Shown here piece by piece: positions 54,953 through 64,000 of a DNA stretch of 64,000 bases. Under the pieces are notes generated by a model. It had not been told where the DNA came from, ran no database searches, and saw only the letters and a program-made list of their open reading frames with translations. Numbering within the stretch: the stretch's first letter is position 1; the number at the start of each line of letters is the position of its first letter. This stretch comes from Octopus vulgaris (Eukaryota): assembly GCA_951406725.2 (NCBI GenBank), contig OX597820.1:92876001-92940000 (forward strand), read 5' to 3'. Position numbers and translations under genes: made by a program.

Positions 54953-55090
54953 CTGAATGCAGTCCAAAAGCGTACATACAATATACACACATAGACAAAA
55001 TACACACAAACACACACAGATATGGTGACAGAAAAGAAAAGAGAGTGAGAGAGATAGTAACCATAGCATAAGTGATATGTGTTACTAGTG

Positions 55091-55146
<56 letters not shown>

Positions 55147-55535
55147 TCATATATATGAATGGATGTTTGTATTTGTGTGTGTTTGTGTATATATATATAT
55201 GTATACATGCACACACACTCAAGGCTGATATATTACATCTCAAAGGCAAAGTGTCTTGCAATAATGAGCACCAGTGTCACATGTGCGCGTGCGCGCGCAG
55301 ACGTGTGTGTATCAACTATGAAATTAAAGTAGCATATCTCATTGTTGAGATATGTCCTTCCTGATCTTTATCTCATATTTATATCATTTATGAGTATATT
55401 TTGTATGCGAATAGTGTCTCTACAGTGGGAAATTTATAGTATTTGTTTGTTTGCGTTTGTCCTTTTTATGTGTGGTTTTTTTTTTTTTCGTTTTGTAACC
55501 TAAATGCAAACATCTTTATGTCCTGCTTACGAATT

Positions 55536-56000
<465 letters not shown>

Positions 56001-57207
56001 TACCTACATATACTACCTACATATATACATACATACATACATACATATTCACATGTGTGTGAGCGTATGCACTTATTGATTGTTTTATTTATCTATTTAT
56101 GTTTTGCTTATTTATTTATTTATTTGTTTATTTATTTATGGATAGCGAGGCAGACACACCAACACAAATCGAAAGACAAAGCGAGAGAGAAACATAACTA
56201 AAATCTAAACTAATACTTTTACTTTAGCTATCATAAATCATCTATCACCGAAATAAACTGTCACCATAAAATACTAAGTGTTAAAACTAGTACCGTCGAG
56301 CCAGCTCTCTATTAAGTCGCTCAAAACTGCTAGAAACAGCAGTCAAATCTTAGAAGAAATTACATTCTTGCCATATTTAAAAAGAAAGAACATACTATAC
56401 AATACGTTCTTTGACACACTAAAAAGAATGTTCAATAAAATTCTCCTAGAACGGTGTTGCATGCAATCAGCACTTGTTTTGATTCTGATTTACTAAAAAG
56501 AAACGAATGTTCCCAGGCCATTCCAGAGTTGTCTCCCTTGAGATACACGATGTTTTTTAACACCTATTGTCTAAAGCAAAAGTACTTTTGAATGGCAAAC
56601 AGTAGTGACTACGGATTTCGTAATGGTCAGATATATCCCACATATTTGAACTCTTCTCAATATTCGTTTATAACAACCTTATTCTAAGAATACTCAGATT
56701 ATCTTTATTCCTCAATTTTTTTACAGGTTTTAGTCAATGGACTGCTGTCGTGCTAGACTCTGCTTTGAAGGCTGTTAGATGATGATGTGAGAGATCCCTA
56801 CTCCAGTGATTATTCAAGCTTCCTATTTAGGAAATTGATCTTTAATTAGCGAAACGCTGTCACACTTTGAGAGAGCGCGAGATGTAATTCGATTAACCGT
56901 GTTAGGCCACAAAACATAAAGAAAGATACAATCACCCACATTCATACATAAATACAAAGGTACGCGCATATATAGGTGTATAAATACACACATAGATATA
57001 TACACAAATAAACATAGTACAATATTTATATGTTTTCTCTTTGTGTTTTCATGTTTGGATTAACTTTATATATATATATTCATGTTTGGATTAACTTTAT
57101 ATATATATATATATACAGGGAGAATTCATGAAAACAACAAAAGACGAAGACAGGTGGTGTAGAAAACAAACAGATGTATTAGTATAACGATCAGGAATTG
57201 AAAAAGT

Positions 57208-57243
57208 CTTTTACGTTTCGAGCCTACGCTCTTCTACAGAAAG
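57208..57243 (-). ncRNA. Hammerhead-like motif, A6U core variant
   Basis: CUUU-CUGUAGA-A-GAGC-GUAG-GCUC-GAAACGUA-AAAG. Confidence 0.55.
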
Positions 57244-57256
57244 GAATACAGAAAGA

Positions 57257-57614
57257 AACAAAAAAATAGAGTACAGGACAAATAACACAAGGAAAATTCC
57301 CCTTCTTCAGTCGCCATGGTTTCATCTACTCTGCGTTTCGAAGGTGAAGGCGATACGCATCTTCGATAGAAACTTTCAATCCCGCGAAAAGCAAATTAAA
57401 TAAAATTTGAGATCTTTTTGCGGAGGGGTAAAAATGATAACAAAAACAGGACGGTAACGACAGTACAAAATATAAACAGTAAAAGACAGGACGGAAAGTT
57501 TCTATCGAAGATGCGTATCGCCTTCTACTTCGAAACGCAGAGTAGATGAAACCATGGCGACTGAAGAAGGGGAATTTTCCTTGCGTTATTTGTCCTGTAC
57601 TCTATTTTTTTGTT
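57257..57614. repeat. ~120-bp inverted repeat in a hammerhead-bearing element (about 57117-57710)
   Basis: Arms 57257-57377 / 57494-57614. Confidence 0.85.
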
Positions 57615-57825
57615 GTTTAAGAAAAATGTCCAGTTCCTTGGTTTTGTGTTTATGTTTTCGTTTTTCATTGTGTTGGACGTTTTTTTTTGGTGTCCTGTAC
57701 CCATATATGCGTGTATATATACATGTAGAGTAGGTACGTACATATATGTATGTATATATGCATATATTCTATTTATTAATTTATCATATGACGGAACGCA
57801 CGCATCCATTTCTAAGTAAGATTGT

Positions 57826-57903
<78 letters not shown>

Positions 57904-57906
<3 letters not shown>

Positions 57907-58256
57907 GATATAGTGCATATTTATACACATAAGGAATCCACTTAGAGTGAGATTCAACACATTATAGAATAACAAAAATAACGGATAAAATTCGACAGGA
58001 ATAAATTTGAAAATGAAAAACATTTACCATTTTCATTTCCAAATTTATTCCTGTCGAATTTTATCCGTTATTTTTGTGGTTTTATAATGTGTTGAATCTC
58101 ACCCTAAGTGGATTCCTTATGTGTATAAATATGCACTGTATCGTATAACTAATATATAGTCTTCTTGACTAAATTTTTTTGCACGTTAGACCACTGGAAA
58201 TGTAAATTTTGATTGAATATTTTAAATTTAATTAAATTCCATTTCCCTTTGATATG

Positions 58257-58258
<2 letters not shown>
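57904..58258 (+). mobile_element. Fold-back element: ~115-bp arms with a tiny loop, plus tail
   Basis: Palindrome 57904-58145, tail containing gaccactgg, (TA)n on both sides. Confidence 0.75.
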
Positions 58259-58312
<54 letters not shown>

Positions 58313-58315
58313 CAT

Positions 58316-58893
58316 ATTAGAGGGAAACCACTATTTGGACACCCTTATGCTAGAAATAGATCCGCTATGGTCTTACCACTAAGAAATGTTCTCAAGAAAG
58401 ATATAGCATAATACCGAAAACGTAATCAAGCAAGACAAAAGAAAAAGCAATAAAAATATGGATTATTTGCATACATGTTTCACTATTAACATATTACGTA
58501 ATTTTACTTACATAAATGTCCGTAGATCATCGGTGCGACCGTCCAGATGAATATAATTTGTAGGACTGCATACTAGGACGTCCGCACAAAGTCAGATCTG
58601 TAAACAGTTCTACCCATTACACTCGTGGTTACTATTTCAAATGTCCTCGCTTTGGCGAGCCAAATTACCAGAAAAACTGAGGCTGCAGATAATACTTTAC
58701 TGCAGTGGCCTTTGCCGGTTAGAGAACGTATTAATTTAAATTTAATTTCAAAATGAGGGTAAGAAATTTTTCTTAAGAACATTTCTCAGTGGTAAAACCA
58801 TAGCGGATCAGTTTTTTTTTTTATATGCCAGACCACTGGTGGAAAATCGATGTTAATTAAATTAATATCTAATTTCTCACCCTCATTTTAAAT
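58316..58893. mobile_element. Penelope-like fragment with inverted arm, hammerhead motif and tail
   Basis: Arms 58359-58399 / 58769-58809; tail gaccactggtgg...; hammerhead at 58469-58536. Confidence 0.65.
58469..58536 (-). ncRNA. Hammerhead-like motif, U4C core variant
   Basis: GCA-CCGAUGA-UCUA...UAGU-GAAACAUGUA-UGC. Confidence 0.55.
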
Positions 58894-58921
58894 TTATATA
58901 TATACCGATCTATCATGGCGA

Positions 58922-58961
<40 letters not shown>

Positions 58962-59047
58962 AGTATGTATGTGTATGTATGTATGCTTGTAGGTATAAGC
59001 ATACATATATGTATGTGTGTTTGCATCTGTGCATGTATGTATGTATG

Positions 59048-59121
<74 letters not shown>

Positions 59122-59431
59122 ACAGAAGAAAATAAGGATTTTAAAGTCCAGGTGGATGCTTTTTAAGCTCTTTGTTGTAATGAAAATTTCATTGACTAAA
59201 CCGACCAGTGACAATAAGATTTGTGTAAACCATGCAATTACACTTGCTCGATTAATGAATACCAAATTCACCTGGAACAATTTCATCTAAGATTCCAGAC
59301 TAAATTAAGAGAACTGAAAGAAAAATGCAATTATTACACATAATTGAGAATTTATTACATACAGATTGTCGCCGTGTGCGCGTATGTGTGTGTGTGAGTG
59401 TATGTGTGTATGTGTTGTGTGTGTGTGTGTA

Positions 59432-59730
59432 GTACCTTGGACAAGTGTCTTCTAATTTGGCCTTGGGTCAACCAAAGCCTTGTTAGTAGATTTGCTTGAC
59501 GGAAACTGAAAGAAACAAACTTTTTTGTCTTTTACTATTTCAATTGTTCAGTCATTTGACAGCAGCCATGCTGGAGCACCGCATTTTAGTCGATGAAATC
59601 GACACCACGACTTTTCCTTAGTAAGCCTAGTTTATCGGTCTCTTCCGCTGAACCACTACGTAACAGGTACGTAAACACACCAGCACTGTTAGTCAAGCGA
59701 TGGCAGGGGGACAAGCAGACACACATAAAT
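59432..59730. mobile_element. SINE family A pieces: 5' half on plus, 3' half on minus
   Basis: accttggacaagtgtc...gaaactgaaagaa (plus) abuts the reverse complement of the tail (cagtcatttgacagcagccatgctgg). Confidence 0.7.
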
Positions 59731-59744
59731 ACATTCATATATAC

Positions 59745-60650
<906 letters not shown>

Positions 60651-60857
60651 TCTCAGAATGAGATTGAAACAGTAATCGCTCGATAATGTAAAGTATAGAA
60701 GCCATCATAAGATGGCTAACCACATTGGGGAGGGGATATTACTGTAGCTTTATAGCCCCAAGAGATCTTCGTCTCTAGCTGGCTCTAGACACAATATCTG
60801 TGTCCTTGGAGTATTTGCAAAGGGAGGCCATCCCTTCTTCGCAAGCCTGAGTGATAC

Positions 60858-60892
60858 GCTCGAACTAGTTTCGGGATTGTTGTCCCTCGTCA
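60858..60892 (-). ncRNA. 5'-truncated hammerhead motif
   Basis: (C lost)UGACGA-GGGA-CAACAA-UCCC-GAAACUAGUU-CGAG; the element ends at the (TA)n tract inside the core. Confidence 0.55.
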
Positions 60893-61572
60893 TATATATA
60901 TATATATCAAAGGTGACTACAGGTCATCAGCGTCACTCGGGCTCATCACAGATGTATAACATAAGGTAAGAGACGTAATGCACACCGCTGAGTTACACCT
61001 GCACGTATAATTTAACAGTAAACAAGTTTGCTGCTTCTATCGAAAGAATGCCTCAGGTTTTTCCGCAATATTTCCAGTCCTAAATAGCTATTTTTTTTTT
61101 ATATCTATCATTATGCCTTTCTCTATTACTAAGTTAAGGGTAAAAATAAGGCAACCATGCGAAACACAACTGATCTTTACACTCAGACGCACAAAATAAC
61201 ATCAGTCAAATAATGAAGGCGGAGTGCACATCAAACATCAGCGATCTGACTGTCGCCTGAACTCTTACCAGGCACGTTCGCATTATCCCAAATTATTACT
61301 GTATAACAGCAATCAAATAATGAAAGCAAACTGCACAACAAACATCACCGATCCGACTGTCACCTGTACTCTTAACGAGAGATGTCTGTCAGTTTTTTAC
61401 ACCTACCAGGCTCGTTCGTATTAACCTGAGATTTTAGATGACTTTTCGTTCCTTTCAGAATATTGTAAAACGGAAACCTTTCATATATTGGAATTTAAAT
61501 TGTAATCTCTATAGAAATTTATTATTCCAAGAAAACATTGAATTTGAATTCCGTTTAAACTTTACGATTTTA

Positions 61573-61828
61573 TTGGGCTGGTGCATAATTATGGGGGCTT
61601 TTTTTCTTTTTCAACAAATTTTATTCAACAAAACCAAAAGCAATATTTAACAAAAACAACTTTAAATGACGGTCAGACCTTCTGCCAAGCAAACGAGAAG
61701 CGGTAATTGAAGTAGGTGTTGAATATACTCTGGAGCAATCATTTAAAGATGTTTTTGTTACACGTTGTTACTGTTTTAGTTGATCAAAATTTGTTGAAAA
61801 AACCCGCAATAATTATGCACCAACCCAA
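61573..61828. mobile_element. Mariner-type MITE
   Basis: TIRs ttgggctggtgcataattat / ataattatgcaccaacccaa resemble Hsmar1/MADE1-type ends; preceded by TA. Confidence 0.75.
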
Positions 61829-62129
61829 CAACTAATGACTCAGGCTGTAACTTTTGAGCCCGAGACAGGTGCGTGTGAACGATGTCGAGAGAACGTCTGC
61901 TACGAATGGTATTTTTTGCCACAGGCCACCACAAAGGCGACCGCCAGATGCTGAAAGAAAATAAATGAACTGCGACTAGGCTCAATAAAAGGAGCCCGAG
62001 TTATTGGCTGCAATTACATATTGAAATCAGTGTTGGCAGAAATTAAATCGGCTTGCAAATACACGGTCACTTTACTAAATTTATACTCGAGCTAAGCCCG
62101 AATGACTCGACTACCGCAGTCGCCACTGT

Positions 62130-62204
<75 letters not shown>

Positions 62205-62206
<2 letters not shown>

Positions 62207-62365
62207 CGGGCTTCTTTCAGTTTCTGTCTACCAAATCCATTCATAAGGCTTTGGTCGGCCCTAGACTATAGTAGAAGTGACCAAGGTGCCACCGAGTCGG
62301 AGTGAACCCAGAAGCATGTGGTTGGGAAGCAAGCTTCTTAACAGAGCCACCCCCTTGCCTGCGCC
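62205..62365 (-). mobile_element. SINE family A 5' half
   Basis: Reverse complement of the family A head and body. Confidence 0.75.
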
Positions 62366-62498
62366 TGTATATGCATATATATATATATATCATCTACATA
62401 CTAAATAAATGGTGGATAATGAAAGAATAGCAAAAATTAGGATCAGAACCGAATGACATTTGTCCATCAGAACTATATATGTACACACACACATACAT

Positions 62499-62541
<43 letters not shown>

Positions 62542-62542
<1 letters not shown>

Positions 62543-62681
62543 CAATACGAATTCAGGAGTATTCCGCTGAAATAATCATCTGATGCTACTACATATATAT
62601 ATAGGTCCAGTGAACCGGAGGCGTCTCTAAACTCCGAGTAGCATCAGATGATTATTTCACGGAATACTCAATTCGTATTGA
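62542..62681. repeat. ~45-bp-arm inverted repeat next to (TA)n
   Basis: gagtattccg.tgaaataatcatctgatgctact / agtagcatcagatgattatttcacggaatactc. Confidence 0.8.
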
Positions 62682-63350
62682 GTACCTTTTCTTCTGGTTT
62701 GATCATATGAACTGGTGTATTGATGCAACGCGACACAAGCAATTATATATATATATATATATATCCGTATAATTTTTTTTAAATTCTATGTATACTACAC
62801 GCGCACACATACATATATAAGCAAATGAATACATGCAAATATATGTATATATTATATATTCATATGTGTTTATATATGTATACGCATATATATATATATA
62901 TACACAAGCACGCTCACACACACATATGTATTTATTTATATATTCAGTTATAGATGTAATTATATATATATATATATATATATAAACTTTACATTTCAAA
63001 TGTTATATACATACCTGCATCCGTGTATGTATATATATGTGTGTGCATGGGTGTGTGTATGTGTGTGTATGTACATATATATATGTATGTATATATATAT
63101 ATATATCTGTATGTATATATACATATATGTTTGTATGTTATTAAGTATATGTGAATATATATATATATATTTATATACATAATATGCGTGTGTGCACGTT
63201 TTATATATGTGTGATTGTGTATGTGAGGGAATATATGCGTATATATATACACGCACATATATATACTTATGCGTATATAAATACACACACAGAAAGACAC
63301 AAACATAGCCACAAGACAGACAGACGCACACACAAACATATATATACACA

Positions 63351-63400
<50 letters not shown>

Positions 63401-63790
63401 TTTAAAATAGTAATTTCCGATGATCCAGCTTTCAGATATTTTACGTGTTTTAAGTATTGATTCCTTATTTGATTTCTTAATCGATAAATTGTTTTTAATA
63501 TTTGAGGAAAGTATATTGGCACAAAGCCAATTTGTGAAACGGAGAGTTATATTCGATTAAATCGACTGCAATTTATGGCAGTTACCACATTTTATCGAAC
63601 AAGGAGTGACGAAAGATAAAAGTGACACTGGCTAGAGAGTATTTTGAGATAGAAGCAATTTTAGTGTTGAAGAATATGGAAGAGTTACATTATATATGTA
63701 CGCGTCAACGTATTGGACAAATCGTAAGAACAGAGATAGCATTACAAACCGGTGTGTGCATACGATAGATAAGTGTGTGTGTGTGTATAC

Positions 63791-63821
<31 letters not shown>

Positions 63822-64000
63822 CATATGTGTGTATGTATATGTATACATATATATTCATATATACATATATATGTAGGTATATATATATATATATATATAC
63901 ATACATATGTGTGTATGTATATGTATACATATATATTCATACATACATATATATGTAGGTATATATATATAAAAACATATATATATATATTTATATATGC

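Overview
AT-rich, microsatellite-dense eukaryotic DNA. The repeat repertoire looks cephalopod (Octopus-like); this is an inference from recognised repeat types, not a database result. The window appears to lie mostly inside very long introns of an unidentified minus-strand gene, with candidate phase-0 coding exons at 54836-54952, 47443-47583 and 72 to the window start. Non-LTR retroelements: a near-intact full-length CR1-group LINE (ORF1 with Myb/SANT-like plus CCCH domains; ORF2 APE+RT), a 5'-truncated RTE-like LINE, and three decayed R4/Dong-type (RLE endonuclease) copies. DNA elements: an internally deleted Tc1 element, a mariner MITE and two non-autonomous Helitrons. At least four tRNA-headed SINE families are present. 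The most notable signal is a set of short, non-coding, Penelope-like insertions in (TA)n tracts that form long fold-back hairpins and carry minimal type-I hammerhead-ribozyme motifs with variant cores. One of these is a tRNA-headed SINE with a hammerhead-like tail. Most ORFs in the supplied track are microsatellite artefacts. No rRNA, genuine tRNA gene or CRISPR array is seen.
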